From positions 32,001 to 96,000 of the IMG/VR virus record IMGVR_UViG_3300028591_000104: 64,000 nucleotides of DNA. One strand, given 5' to 3'. Below, piece after piece: positions 29,601-41,500 of the stretch (positions within the stretch are counted from its first letter, which is position 1; the number at the start of each line of letters is the position of its first letter). The notes beneath the pieces are model-generated. The model was not told where the DNA came from, did no database searches, and saw only the letters and a list, made by a program, of their open reading frames with translations. Origin of the DNA: a virus. Lineage: Duplodnaviria; Caudoviricetes. The position numbers were made by a program, and so were the translations under genes.

Positions 29601-31776
29601 TAATGATTAAATGGTGGGTAAGGTATAGTGGCCACTATGAAAAAATAGTTACACCTGAAACTATAAAAGATATGGATGAAATTACTTATTTCAATGAAAT
29701 AATTCCACATTGTTATGGTGTATAAAAGGTAAGCAAACAATTACCTTGTCCATATTGTAAAGACAGGAGTGATGAAAATAGTGCTGAATGATGGAACAGA
29801 GATTCCTGTTAGTATTTATATTGATTATATAACAAGATAGCCAATCGCACAAGAAGATTGGGATTTGATACTTAAGGAATGGGAAAAGGAAATAAAGGAG
29901 ACAAATAATGAGAACGATTGATGCAGATGAATTTAAGCATACAATCTCAAGTGGTATGTGTACGGATAGTATTACATTTTCTATTCTATTGGGAATGATG
30001 AATGGTAACACTAATCTTGATGAAACTACTAATAAAATAGTTCGTGAACATATTAAAGAGGTAAATAGGCTTATTGACAATGCCCCAACAGTTGAATCAA
30101 AAAGACTACGAGGCAAGTGGATAGAAAGAGAAGATATGGACTATCTTGATGAAAATAAAGTAATTCATAAACACTTTGAATGTAACAAATGCGGACTTAT
30201 TCATGATTTTATTGATGGACATACATCACAATATAACTTTTGCCCTAATTGTGGTGCAGATATAAGAGGTGAAGAAAGAATGAAAGAAATATTAGATGTA
30301 ATTCATAAGACAATATATCAATTCTTTGATGTATGTGGAGACGATGAAGAAGTACCTATGTCCGACAAGGACAAACTTCTGTTAGAGGTTAATAAGGCAA
30401 TTTGCAATAATCTAAAGGCATTACAGCAAGATGAAGGAGAAAGGTAGAATGAGACCAATTGATGCTGACGCTTTACAAAAGGTAATAGAAGAAGTTTATT
30501 TTAGTGATAAATGGCTCGATTTTAGAGTCAACTATGGATCAAATGGTGTAAGAGATGTAATATTAGATCTCGTAACCAATGCTCCTCCCATACCTAAAGA
30601 AAAACCAAGCAAAAATAAAATACGACACGGAAAGACGTTATACAAAGTACAGATTAAAGATAAAACTTACTGTTGTGGAGATAAACTATTACGTATAGTA
30701 TCTGCTATTCTTCATGTAATAGAATTAGGATTTATTATTTATCTGTTTATGAGGTGAGAGAATGAGCAGACAAGATGATTTATGGACAAAAGACCCGATG
30801 CCAATATGGAAGAAAATACTAATTGTTACTTTTATTCTCTTCATCGCTTGGGTCATTGGAGTAAAGATAGAATACGCAGATAAGCCTATGAGCGAAGTGC
30901 CATACTGGGTTATTTGGTTTACATAAGAATAAAAGGAGATAAAAAATGCACAATAAAAATAAGAAATATTACGCTTTTAGCAGACCAAACCAGATGATAG
31001 GACATAGATTTACAGATGATGTTGCTCTGTGCAAAGCTACATCGTTTAGACAGGCAAAGAAAATATTCAGCAAGTATTATGCTGATATTAAAGACAATGA
31101 AATCATGCTAATTAGTGGGATGCTCAATAACGGTGTGTATGGTGATGTTATAATTCTCACTGATTATTAAAAAAGAAGGTGATATAATGGCAAATATAAG
31201 ATGTATGTTAGGATTTCATAAATATACAGAATTTTATAAACGGTATCGAGTGATCGGCCCCGATCAATGGTATAGTCACGTTAAAACTTGTAAGATTTGT
31301 GGCAAGTCAGAATCTGAATTTGTTAAAATACCCACAATATTAGCAAGAGAATTTGAAAGAGATAATAATGTGATTTAAAGAGGGACAAAATAATAGTGAT
31401 AACAACTATAATAGAAGAAATGTTTAAAGGAAATTTTTCTTTTCTTATATTAGTTGTAGGTATTTTACAGCTAATAGTTATGAAATAAAAAGTCCTTTAT
31501 AATAGGACTTTTTTGTATTTTATAAAAAATTATGATATAATATAAATATATATAAATAGGAAGGTAAATTTTAAGATGCACAAACTTGTTTGTAAGATAA
31601 GTGGTGGCCATAAATACGAAGATAAAAATTTAAAATGTACTTATGATGTGACTACCAATACTTATATTTTTTATAATTATTGTGTAAAATGCGGAGAAAG
31701 AATTGAATTTAGTGAACCAGCAAAAACCTTCCTCTCTGATTTTGATAAAGCTTTAAGGGAGTTGTTTCAAAAATGA
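26605..31776 (+). CDS. Cluster of about 20 small accessory ORFs, many with CxxC Zn fingers (G.W...C..C..FCPxCGADM); 28716-28907 is Lar-like (LKSCPFCG..A..WNRR)
   Basis: Tightly packed overlapping ORFs typical of Clostridia phages. Confidence 0.7.
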
Positions 31777-31864
31777 TATACGTGTAAAATAAAAGGTCAA
31801 AATCATGAAACCCGTATCATAAAATTTTTATTATATATGTAATAATAAAAAGGAGGATAAATAT

Positions 31865-32512
31865 ATGGGTTATATTTATAAAATTACAAACAATATCAAT
31901 AGAAATATTTAGATAGGACAAACAAATATTTCTGTAGAAGAAAGATTTAAGGCTCATTGCTATTGTTCATTTAATCATAGGCAAACAAAAGGAAAAGATG
32001 AATATTATTATCCTATTCATCAAGCAATAAGAAAATATGGAATTGAAAACTTTTCTGTTGAAATTATAGAAGAATGCTCTCAAGAACTTTTAAATCAACG
32101 AGAAATTTATTGGATAAAATTTTATGACTCTTACCACAATGGTTATAATGCCACTTTAGGTGGAGATGGCAATTCAAAATACAATTATGATGAAATAGTA
32201 AATTTTTTCTTACAAAATAATTTTTCTATTTTATTAACTTGTCAACATTTTAAAATTTATGACCAAGTTGTATATAGTGCTTTAAAAAGTAAAAATATAG
32301 ATTATAAAAGTTTAACTGATAAAAAGATAAAAAATCAACAAGACAAAAAAAAGAAAAAAATAAAAATGGTAGAAACTGGGCAGTTATTTAATTCTATGTC
32401 ACAAATAGATAGTTATTTTGGAAAAGTAGTACATCCTAACATTCGTAGATGTTTAAATGGAATAACTGAAAAAGCATATGGATACCATTGGGAAGAGGTA
32501 GAAGATGAGTAA
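31865..32512 (+). CDS. GIY-YIG homing endonuclease; TAG 31910 at the YIG tyrosine
   Basis: MGYIYKITNNINRNI*IGQT..AIRKYGIENF..LNQREIYWIKFYDSYHNGYNATLGG; RBS GGAGG; absent from the ORF track. Confidence 0.92.
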
Positions 32513-33071
32513 TATATGGTTTACTTCAGATTGGCATTTCAATCATAACAAATCTTTTGTTTATGAACCAAGAGGTTTTAAAAATGTTTATGATATGAAT
32601 AAAATGATAATAAAAAATTTTAATAGTGTTGTAAAATATGAAGATACAGTTTATTGCTTAGGTGATTGTATGTTAGGAGACAATGCTATTGGAATTTCTT
32701 GCTTAAAACAGCTAAATTGCGGAAATATAAAAATTATTTTGGGTAACCATTGCACCAAAGTGAGAGAAGAATTATATAAAACAATGTATAATGTAGAAGT
32801 ATTAGGCTATGCTAATATACTTAAGTATCATCACTATACTTTTTACTTATCTCACTATCCAACAATAGTTTCAAACTATGACGCGGACAAGCCCTTAAAG
32901 GCGCGCGTCATCAACCTCTGCGGCCATTCTCACACACAAGATAAGTTTCATGATTTTGATAAGGGGTTAATATATCATTGTGAACTAGACGCCCATAATA
33001 ATACCCTAGTATCAATAGACCAAATAATTTTAGATATAAAAGAAAGGATAAATAATAATGGAAAATATTAA
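32505..33071 (+). CDS. Metallophosphoesterase
   Basis: FTSDWHFNH, LGD, GNH, SHYP, GHSH. Confidence 0.9.
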   Translation: MSNIWFTSDWHFNHNKSFVYEPRGFKNVYDMNKMIIKNFNSVVKYEDTVYCLGDCMLGDNAIGISCLKQLNCGNIKIILGNHCTKVREELYKTMYNVEVLGYANILKYHHYTFYLSHYPTIVSNYDADKPLKARVINLCGHSHTQDKFHDFDKGLIYHCELDAHNNTLVSIDQIILDIKERINNNGKY

Positions 33072-33444
33072 TTTTTATTACACCAACGACAATACTACAA
33101 TCTGTGTTCTCACCCACCCCGATAGTGGTCAGAAATTTGTAGGCATAGCTAAATGTAATCCAGAAGATAGTTATAATCAGCGTATAGGCGAGCAAATTGC
33201 TGAAATGCGAGCAGAAACTGAGATTTATAGATATCTTAGGGAGAGTTATCGAGAAGAAGAGAATAGGCTTAAAATTCTTATCACTGACATGGAACAGAGT
33301 AAGAAGTATAATCCTAAATCTTATGAAGCAAAAAGTATTAAAAGGCAATATTGGAACGCTAAATCGTCTAGAATAGACTTTGATATTATGATTAAGCATA
33401 TGAAAGATACTATTAATAGTTATATTGCGGTCAGATGTAAATAA
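33058..33444 (+). CDS. Hypothetical protein
   Basis: GIAKCNPEDSY..GEQIA phage motif. Confidence 0.7.
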   Translation: MENINFYYTNDNTTICVLTHPDSGQKFVGIAKCNPEDSYNQRIGEQIAEMRAETEIYRYLRESYREEENRLKILITDMEQSKKYNPKSYEAKSIKRQYWNAKSSRIDFDIMIKHMKDTINSYIAVRCK

Positions 33445-33481
33445 TTTCTTATAAATAATTTTCAATTATAATGAAAGGAAG

Positions 33482-33718
33482 GTGATTTTTATCGAATACT
33501 TACTTTTTTTCATTATAGGAATTATAGCCTAGGAATGGGTATTCCCTTTAATAGATTCCTTTATCCAGCTACTTGGCGTTCATCTTGAAGAAAAGAAAAA
33601 TATAGTAGCTGTTAGAATAAAAAAATTACAATCCCAACTCGAAGAACCTGAGGAGAAGCCATACTATATCGGGTTTCAAGTCGAACCAGAGGATGATGAA
33701 GAGGAGGATGAAGAATAA
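33482..33718 (+). CDS. Small membrane protein with acidic tail; TAG 33530
   Basis: Hydrophobic N-terminus IIA*EWVFP; stop overlaps the PhoH start (TAATG). Confidence 0.6.
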
Positions 33719-34962
33719 TGGCAATTAAATTTTTAGATACCAGTTCTTTATTATTGCAAATTCCTATTGAGTTTTTTTATATTAGTGATTTAACTTTAAT
33801 AGAACTTGAAGGAATTAAAAATTCTTCTAATAAAGATTATGAAATAAAACAAAAAGCTAGAACTGTATCTAGATTTATTATGGAAAATTATGATAACAAC
33901 AAATTTAAAGTTGTTAATTATAATATTAATCAATTAAACTATATTTTAGAGCCAGACGACGATAAGACTAAAGCTAATAATGATTTAAAGATTTTAGCTA
34001 CTGCGTGTTGGCTAAAACACTTTCATGAGGATGAAGGTTTGGAATTTTATACCAATGATATAAATTTATTTAACCTAGCTCGTTGTCATGGATTAAATGC
34101 TAAGCAAGTAGAGCCTATACAAGAAGATTACAACGGATATGTTGAAGTCACACTTAGTGACGAAGAAATGGCTGATTATTATAGTCATTTAGGGTGTAAT
34201 TATTTTAATCTTTATATCGGTGAGTATGTAATTATATATAATACTGACCAAGAGGTAGTAGATATAGCTTGTTGGGAAGGCAATAAAATGCGGTCAATTA
34301 CTTATCCAAACCTTTATTCTGATTATTTTGGAAAGCTAAAAGCTAAGAATGATGACCCTTATCAGAAAATAGCTTGTGATAGTTTAATGAATAATCAGTT
34401 AACCGTTTTGCGCGGACCCGCCGGTTCTGGAAAGTCATATCTCGGATTAGGTTATCTTTTTAGTCTATTGGATAATGGTAAAATAGATAAGATAGTTATG
34501 TTTGTTAATCCAATGGCAGAAAGAAATAGTTGTAAATTTGGTTTTCTACCGGGTACTTTATTAGAAAAAATACTTGGTAGCCAAATTGGAAATTTTTTAT
34601 CCTCTAAATTGGGAGGAATTGAAAATGTATATTCTTTAGTAGATGAAGGAAAACTGGAGTTTATAGCCACTGCAGATGCCAGAGGTTATGATACATCTAA
34701 TATGAAATGTGGTATTTTTATGACCGAGGCGCAAAATACTACAATAGATATGATGAAACTTCTACTTGAGAGATTCGGAGAAGATACAATAGGTGTATTT
34801 GAGGGTGATACTGAATGTCAAGTAGACCATGCAAGTTATGAAAATGGGAATAATGGATTAAGAAGAGTGTGTGAAGTATTTAAAGGGCAACCTTATTTCG
34901 GAACTGTTATACTTAAAAATTGCTATCGAAGTAAAATAGCTAAACAAGCACTTAAAATGTAA
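33718..34962 (+). CDS. phoH: PIN-PhoH family protein
   Basis: LDTS, NDLKIL, TND (PIN); GPAGSGKS, GFLPG, EAQN, GD..QVD. Confidence 0.9.
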   Translation: MAIKFLDTSSLLLQIPIEFFYISDLTLIELEGIKNSSNKDYEIKQKARTVSRFIMENYDNNKFKVVNYNINQLNYILEPDDDKTKANNDLKILATACWLKHFHEDEGLEFYTNDINLFNLARCHGLNAKQVEPIQEDYNGYVEVTLSDEEMADYYSHLGCNYFNLYIGEYVIIYNTDQEVVDIACWEGNKMRSITYPNLYSDYFGKLKAKNDDPYQKIACDSLMNNQLTVLRGPAGSGKSYLGLGYLFSLLDNGKIDKIVMFVNPMAERNSCKFGFLPGTLLEKILGSQIGNFLSSKLGGIENVYSLVDEGKLEFIATADARGYDTSNMKCGIFMTEAQNTTIDMMKLLLERFGEDTIGVFEGDTECQVDHASYENGNNGLRRVCEVFKGQPYFGTVILKNCYRSKIAKQALKM

Positions 34963-35029
34963 GATAAAAATGGGTAGAGCGAAAGCTCTACCTTTTTTAT
35001 TATAAAAAGAAACAAAGGAGGAAAAAATA

Positions 35030-35989
35030 ATGGGTAACTATGCTAGTACTATTATAAAACAAGCAATAGAAGAAATTGGATATTTAGAAAAAAAGTCCAA
35101 TAGCCAATTAGATAGTAAAACTGCTAATGCTGGTTCTAATAATTTTACAAAGTATGCTCGTGATGTTTGGGAAAAAGCTAGAAATATTCTGAACGGTAAT
35201 AAGCAAGGCGTTGACTGGTGTGCTGTATTCTGCATTTGGTTATTTGTAATAAGTTTTGGCGCTGCTATCGCACAAAAAATATTATTCTTACCAAATAAGA
35301 GTAGCGCGGCCGGGGCACATTACTTTATGAATTATTTTAAAGCTAAGAAAAGATTTTATTCATCTCCTAAACCTGGAGACTTGATTTTCTTCGGAACTAG
35401 TAGGGCAAGACACGTAGGTGTAGTAGAGTATGTTACAAGTACGGAAGTACATACTATTGAAGGTAATTCTTCCAATAGAGTAAGAAGAAAGAAATATAAA
35501 TTATCTAATAAAGATATTTTAGGCTATGGTCGTCCAGATTATGATGCGGAGCCAGGTCCCACTCCACCACCCACCCCGCCGCAGCCAGATACTTTTGAAG
35601 TTGGCGATAAGGTTAAAATCGTAGAGGGAGCTACTTGGGCAAGTGGATCTAAAATTCCTAAATGGGTAATGGATTCTGTACTGTACGTAAGACAGATCCG
35701 CAAAGATGGCAATATTGCTATTTCTATTTATGAAACAGGAGCTATTACTGGGGTTATAAATCCTAAATACCTTATTAAAATTGAAGATACTTATACTGCT
35801 ATAGTAATAGATGTGGCAGGCACTTATCTTAATGTACGTTCTGGTCCTGGTAAATCATATCCTGATATTGGTAGATTATATGATGGAAACCTTATTAAGA
35901 TTGACCAAGAGGATGGCAGATGGGTACACATGACTCATGGTGACCTTGTTGGTTGGTGTTCTATGGACTATATTAAGAAAGTAGGATAA
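35030..35989 (+). CDS. Endolysin (CHAP amidase plus SH3-like domains)
   Basis: WCAVF, PGDLIFF, HVGVVE, TIEGNS; LNVRSGPG. Confidence 0.9.
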   Translation: MGNYASTIIKQAIEEIGYLEKKSNSQLDSKTANAGSNNFTKYARDVWEKARNILNGNKQGVDWCAVFCIWLFVISFGAAIAQKILFLPNKSSAAGAHYFMNYFKAKKRFYSSPKPGDLIFFGTSRARHVGVVEYVTSTEVHTIEGNSSNRVRRKKYKLSNKDILGYGRPDYDAEPGPTPPPTPPQPDTFEVGDKVKIVEGATWASGSKIPKWVMDSVLYVRQIRKDGNIAISIYETGAITGVINPKYLIKIEDTYTAIVIDVAGTYLNVRSGPGKSYPDIGRLYDGNLIKIDQEDGRWVHMTHGDLVGWCSMDYIKKVG

Positions 35990-35993
35990 GCCT

Positions 35994-36308
35994 ATGAAAA
36001 AAACAGGACTTAAACATTTGCCAGTGCCAAAAAATAAAAAGAAATTAGAATTTTCTAAGATACTATTAATTCAAGAATCAATTTTAATCTGGGTTATGAC
36101 TATTTCTTTTATTGTTCTTGCTTTTGTTTGTATTTATAAAGAATATCTTGGTGAACTTCCTTGGTTGAGCGCGATGGTAGCACTTCCATGGACAGCCTAT
36201 GGCGCGAGCCAGGGTTTCTATTATAATAAAGCGAAAGCAGAAAATACTAAAGATGGGATAGTTTATGAAACTGCTTTAGCTGATAAGGAAGAAGAACCTA
36301 AAGGCTAA
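35994..36308 (+). CDS. Putative holin
   Basis: Two TM segments, FYYNKAKAEN, adjacent to the endolysin. Confidence 0.6.
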   Translation: MKKTGLKHLPVPKNKKKLEFSKILLIQESILIWVMTISFIVLAFVCIYKEYLGELPWLSAMVALPWTAYGASQGFYYNKAKAENTKDGIVYETALADKEEEPKG

Positions 36309-36510
36309 CTATATTGTATCAAAAAAAATCTAAAATTTCAAGATGGGGTATCCTCTAAGGGATGCCCCACTTTTTATTTGCAAATTTGAAAATTTTTTGT
36401 TATAATTAGTTTGGACGAAACGATTAATGGATTTGAGAAGAGAAAATTTGACAAATATAAAAATATATGTTATAATATTATTGTATAAGAAATGAAAGGA
36501 GTTTGTTATA

Positions 36511-38424
36511 GTGGCAGATAAAAAATTATATACTAAAGATAGTATTGAGTCTTTAACCCCACTAGAATTTACTCGTCTTAGACCACAAGTTTATTGTGGA
36601 GATACTTCTTATTCTACTCAGCTTTTGGTAGAAATAATAAGTAATTCTATAGATGAATATAGATTAGGTCATGGTAATAAGATAGAAGTAAAGGTCGAAG
36701 AAGATGATACTATAACTGTTAGAGATTATGGTCAAGGTTTTTTGGTTAATGAAAAGCGCTCTGAAGATGGTAAAACAATTTTGGAGGCTGCTTTTAGTGT
36801 TTTAAATACTTCCGGTAAATATAGCGAAGATGGCGTTTATTCGGGGACTTCCCTTGGTTCTTTTGGTATCGGAAGTAAAATTACCACTTATCTTTCTCAT
36901 AAACTTATAGTAACAACTTATAGAGATAAAAAATTTGAAACTGTTACTTTTAAAGAGGGTGAATTTGCTGATAGAAAAGTTGGTAAATCTGCAGAACCTA
37001 CAGGAACTCAAGTAACTTATTCTCCTTCAGAAGAATTTTTTACTGATAAGGGAATAGAAATTAAGAAAATAAAAGATTTGTTTAAGACTATTAGTTGTCT
37101 TTGTCCTGGTTTAACTATAGAATTAACATATAAGTCTGAACCTAAAGAAATCTTTTATTCTGATAAAGGTCTTGATGACTTTGTAACTAATGCTGTTGGA
37201 GAAAAAGAAATTATAAGAAATCGTTTTCATAGTACTTTTAATGCTGATGAAAAAAATAAGATGGATTTTATCCTCACTTATACTACAGATTATAGCTCTA
37301 ACATGATAGCATATGTTAATACAGGTCTTACAGAGCGTGGACCACACATTACTTTAATCAAAACTTTTATTACAAGAGAATTTAATAAGTTTTTTAGGGA
37401 AAAAGGTTGGTTAAAAGAAAAAGAAGATAACCTTGAGGGTAGTGATATCCAAGAGGGAATGTATATAGTTTTCAATATAACGGCGCCCAATGTCGCCTAC
37501 AATGCGCAAGTAAAAAGTGATATTACGAAGATTGATATGAAGCCATTCACACCTAATCTTACAGAAGAACTTCATACATGGCTTCTAGCAAATGAAAAAG
37601 AAATTAAAATAATAGCTGATAAAGCCATTAATGCCCGTAAGGCTAGAGAAGCTGCCAAGAAAGCTAGAGATGCTGCCAGAGGCGTAGAAAAGAAAAAGGA
37701 AAAGAAATTATTAAATCTTCCTAGCAAATTAATTGATGCCTATGGAAAAAAGAGAGAAAAATGTGAATTATTAATTGTAGAAGGAGACTCCGCGGCAGGA
37801 GGGTTGGTGGAAGCACGTGATCCAGAGATTATGGCAATTTTCCCAATCCGTGGTAAAATTATTTCTGCATATAAAAACAGTAATGAAAAAATATTTGCTA
37901 ATCAAGAAGTTGTAAATATTATTAAGGCTCTTGGGCTTGATGTAGATGCAAAGACAGGTAAAATAATTTATGATAAATCTAAATTACGTTATGGTAAAAT
38001 AGTGCTTTGCGCTGATGCAGATCCAGATGGCCAGGCAATTAAAAATTTGTTACTTGAATTATTTTGGTGGTTATGTCCAGAACTTGTTAAAAATGGTCAT
38101 ATTTACGCTGCCGTACCGCCTCTTTTTAGAATAACTACAAAGAAAAATAAATATATTTTCCTTAAAGACCAAAAGGCTTTAGAAGAATATAAAAATACTC
38201 ACACTGGAGAGTCTTATTTAGTTAATCGAAATAAGGGATTGGGAGAACAAGATGCTTCTGAGCTTCGTGAAGCTATTATCGATGAAAAAACAAGAAATAT
38301 AGTTCAGATAGTGGTAGAAGATGAAAAAGAAGCTTCTAAATTAATGGAATGCTTAATGGGTTCTTCAGTGCCTCCTCGTAGAGAATATTTATTAAAACAT
38401 AGTGAGGAGGCGAATTTAGAGTGA
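36511..38424 (+). CDS. gyrB: Type IIA topoisomerase / gyrase subunit B
   Basis: EIISNSIDE, DYGQG, EGDSAAG, PIRGK, DADPDG, KGLGE. Confidence 0.93.
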   Translation: MADKKLYTKDSIESLTPLEFTRLRPQVYCGDTSYSTQLLVEIISNSIDEYRLGHGNKIEVKVEEDDTITVRDYGQGFLVNEKRSEDGKTILEAAFSVLNTSGKYSEDGVYSGTSLGSFGIGSKITTYLSHKLIVTTYRDKKFETVTFKEGEFADRKVGKSAEPTGTQVTYSPSEEFFTDKGIEIKKIKDLFKTISCLCPGLTIELTYKSEPKEIFYSDKGLDDFVTNAVGEKEIIRNRFHSTFNADEKNKMDFILTYTTDYSSNMIAYVNTGLTERGPHITLIKTFITREFNKFFREKGWLKEKEDNLEGSDIQEGMYIVFNITAPNVAYNAQVKSDITKIDMKPFTPNLTEELHTWLLANEKEIKIIADKAINARKAREAAKKARDAARGVEKKKEKKLLNLPSKLIDAYGKKREKCELLIVEGDSAAGGLVEARDPEIMAIFPIRGKIISAYKNSNEKIFANQEVVNIIKALGLDVDAKTGKIIYDKSKLRYGKIVLCADADPDGQAIKNLLLELFWWLCPELVKNGHIYAAVPPLFRITTKKNKYIFLKDQKALEEYKNTHTGESYLVNRNKGLGEQDASELREAIIDEKTRNIVQIVVEDEKEASKLMECLMGSSVPPRREYLLKHSEEANLE

Positions 38425-39164
38425 ATAAATATGGAATAATTTATAAAGTAACTAATTCTGTTAATAATAAAATTTATATTGGTCAAACGGTAAAAAATTT
38501 AAATGAAAGACGAAATGCTCATTATTATAAGGCAAGACATGAAAATTTAAACACACATTTTTTAAATGCTTTAAATAAATATCCTGAAGAAGTTTTTATT
38601 TGGGAAGAAATTGATGAAGCTAAAAATAGAGAAGAATTAGATAATAAAGAAATTTATTGGATAAATTATTATAATTCTATTGAAAATGGTTATAATACTA
38701 GGGCTGGCGGAGAAACGAGAAAAGAAGATGATAAATTTGCAGAAGCTTGTGGCTCTTCTCCATTTTTACTATATACCGCAAAAGGAGAATATGTTGGAGA
38801 ATTTGTCAATAAGCGTGATGTAGAGAGAAAATATGGCGTAAATCATAGCGACATTACTCAGATGATTAAAAACAATAAAGGTTCTTCTGGTGGTTATATA
38901 GCAATAGATAAAAAGAATTTTACACAAGAGATTTTAAAAGAAAGAATACAAATTGCTAATAAGAAAAAAGAGCAATTGTCACAAAAATATATTGCTATAG
39001 ATGTAAAGACTTTGCAAGAATACGGCCCCTTTAATACAATTAAAGAAATGGGAGAAGCATTAAATGTTAATCCTGCAAGTTTAAAAGTAAGTGATGTAAT
39101 TAAAGGAAAACGAAAAATAAGTTGTGGCTATACTTTTAAATTAAAAAAAGAAGGTGAAACATGA
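38421..39164 (+). CDS. GIY-YIG homing endonuclease between the gyrase subunits
   Basis: GIIYKVTN..KIYIGQT; GYNTRAGG; NUMOD-like tail. Confidence 0.9.
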   Translation: MNKYGIIYKVTNSVNNKIYIGQTVKNLNERRNAHYYKARHENLNTHFLNALNKYPEEVFIWEEIDEAKNREELDNKEIYWINYYNSIENGYNTRAGGETRKEDDKFAEACGSSPFLLYTAKGEYVGEFVNKRDVERKYGVNHSDITQMIKNNKGSSGGYIAIDKKNFTQEILKERIQIANKKKEQLSQKYIAIDVKTLQEYGPFNTIKEMGEALNVNPASLKVSDVIKGKRKISCGYTFKLKKEGET

Positions 39165-41500
39165 GTATTGATATAACACAAGAATTGCATCAAAATTTTA
39201 TAGACTTTTCTTATGAAGCCAATAGTCAAAGGGCATTTCCAGATGCTAGAGACGGATTAAAGCCTGGACAAAGAGCTTGTCTTTGGGAAATGTATGAAAA
39301 AGGATATATTCATTCTAAGCCTCATGTAAAAAGTGCAAAAATATCTGGCGGCGTTGCTGCTACATGGTGGCCGCATGGAACTACTGCCATTTATGATACC
39401 TTTACTCGTATGTCTCAAAATTGGATAAATAATATTCCAGAAGTAGAGTGGCATGGTGCAAATGGTTCAATAATTATAAGTAATGAGGCTGCCGCAGATC
39501 GTTATACAGAAGCTAGATTAAGTGCGGCCGCCCAGGCAGGAATGTTTGAGGGAATTAAGCAAAACAATGTCCCGATGATTAATAACTTTACAGAAGATGC
39601 ACAATGGCCAGAGGTATTACCAGCCGTAATGCCAAGGTTATTAATTAATGGTAGTATGGGTATTGGAGTAACAATAGCTAATACCTGGTTACCGATGAAT
39701 CTTAATGAATGCGCTGATGTAATTAAATCTTTTGTAAAAGATGAAGAAATAGATTATAATTCTTTAAAACTTATTGATTTTCCTTCTGGTGGAATAATTA
39801 TAAATTCTAAAGAATTGGGTAAAATTCATTCTACAGGAAAAGGAAAAGTTGTACTAAGAGGTATTACTAATATTAAAAATAATATTATAGAGATTACATC
39901 TTTTCCGTATCAGGTTTATATAGAACCTTGGATTGAGTCAGTTAAGAAATTAGTTAATGATGGAACTATAACTGGAATTGAAGATATTTATAATAAAAGC
40001 AGTAATGGAAAAATATTGGTAGAAGTTGAATGCTCCGGCAGTCCATCAACTATACTTCAGCAACTTTTTAAATTAACAGACCTTCAAAATTCTTATAATG
40101 CCAATCAGTTTGCTCTTATAGGAAATAAAACTCCTACTCTTTTAACACTTAAAGATTATTTAAAAGTTTATACAGAGCATAATTATGAATGTATAAAAAG
40201 AGAGTATAAATTTAATCTTGAAAAAGCTACTAGTCGTTTAGAGATAGTTGAAGGGTTATTAAAGGCAATAGTTAATATTGATGATATTATAGCTCTTATT
40301 AAGGCTTCTGATAGTTCTGCTCATGCAAGAGAAAATTTAATAAAAAAATATGGTTTTTCTGAAGCTCAGGCTAAGGCTATTACAAATATGAAACTTGGTA
40401 CTTTGGCTAGACTAGAAGGAGTAGAACTGGAGAAAGAAAAGAAAGAACTAACAGAAACAATAGAAGAATGTAATAAGATTTTATCCAACAGATCAGAACA
40501 AATAAATTTATTTATTACAAGATTAAATAAATTTGTTTCTGCTTATGGATATACCCGCCACACTCAGCTTACAGATATTGCGGAAGAAAAAGTTGCTAAA
40601 GAAATTGTAAATGTAGAACCTGAAAAGTGCGTTGTAATTATGACAGAAAGTGGCTTAATTAAGCGTATCCCCACTTCTTCCTTTAGGGAACAGAAGAAAG
40701 GTGGTAAGGGAATTAAGACTAAAGATGATATAGTATCTTCTATTATTAGGACTAACACTATTGATTCATTAATGGTATTTACAAATACTGGTACAATGTA
40801 TCGTCTGTTGGTTAATGATATCCCAGCCGGCACAAATACGACAAAGGGTACACCTATTAGAAGTTTGATTAATCTCCAGGCAAATGAACAGCCTATTATT
40901 ATCTATTCTATTTATAGAGATACAAAGGCTAAATATGTATTATTTGTTACAAAGAATGGTACAATTAAAAAGACTTCTCTTGAGGAATATACAAAGACAA
41001 TTAGAAAGACAGGAATATCTTGCTTGAAGTTGCGCGAAGGCGATGTGTTGGCGGACGCAACCTTAATTGATAACGAAGATATTGTTATCGTTACAAAGAA
41101 TGGTATGGGTATTAGATTTAAGTCTTCAGAAGTAGCAGCTTCTGGTAGAGCAACGATTGGTATTAAGGGTATTAGCCTTAAAGAAGGTGATAGTGTAATT
41201 AAGTTAGTACCAATAAGAGATGTTACAGATGATATTGCAATATTCACTGTTACTGGCCTTGGTAAGAGAATGTCCATAAGCGAACTCCCCGAGCAGAAAA
41301 GAAGTGGAAAGGGAGTAGCAATAGTCAAAGATGCTGAATTGGCAGATGCAATTATGGTAAATGATAGTGACATGGTTTTGGCTGTTGGAGTTTCTAACTC
41401 AATTTGTATTTCAGCATCAGAAATCACTAAGGCAACAAAGAACGCAGTTGGAACACAAATTATAAAAGGAACAAGATTACAAGGAGTAAGTAAAATATGA
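39161..41500 (+). CDS. gyrA: Gyrase subunit A
   Basis: DGLKPGQR, PHG, AADRYTE catalytic Tyr, GyrA-box-like QKKGGKG, beta-pinwheel repeats. Confidence 0.93.
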   Translation: MSIDITQELHQNFIDFSYEANSQRAFPDARDGLKPGQRACLWEMYEKGYIHSKPHVKSAKISGGVAATWWPHGTTAIYDTFTRMSQNWINNIPEVEWHGANGSIIISNEAAADRYTEARLSAAAQAGMFEGIKQNNVPMINNFTEDAQWPEVLPAVMPRLLINGSMGIGVTIANTWLPMNLNECADVIKSFVKDEEIDYNSLKLIDFPSGGIIINSKELGKIHSTGKGKVVLRGITNIKNNIIEITSFPYQVYIEPWIESVKKLVNDGTITGIEDIYNKSSNGKILVEVECSGSPSTILQQLFKLTDLQNSYNANQFALIGNKTPTLLTLKDYLKVYTEHNYECIKREYKFNLEKATSRLEIVEGLLKAIVNIDDIIALIKASDSSAHARENLIKKYGFSEAQAKAITNMKLGTLARLEGVELEKEKKELTETIEECNKILSNRSEQINLFITRLNKFVSAYGYTRHTQLTDIAEEKVAKEIVNVEPEKCVVIMTESGLIKRIPTSSFREQKKGGKGIKTKDDIVSSIIRTNTIDSLMVFTNTGTMYRLLVNDIPAGTNTTKGTPIRSLINLQANEQPIIIYSIYRDTKAKYVLFVTKNGTIKKTSLEEYTKTIRKTGISCLKLREGDVLADATLIDNEDIVIVTKNGMGIRFKSSEVAASGRATIGIKGISLKEGDSVIKLVPIRDVTDDIAIFTVTGLGKRMSISELPEQKRSGKGVAIVKDAELADAIMVNDSDMVLAVGVSNSICISASEITKATKNAVGTQIIKGTRLQGVSKI

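Noticed and set aside
30445-30462. TAG ending ORF 29908-30447 as evidence for or against recoding
   Set aside because: Ambiguous. Readthrough adds only YNETN before a TGA overlapping the next gene, so it was not counted.
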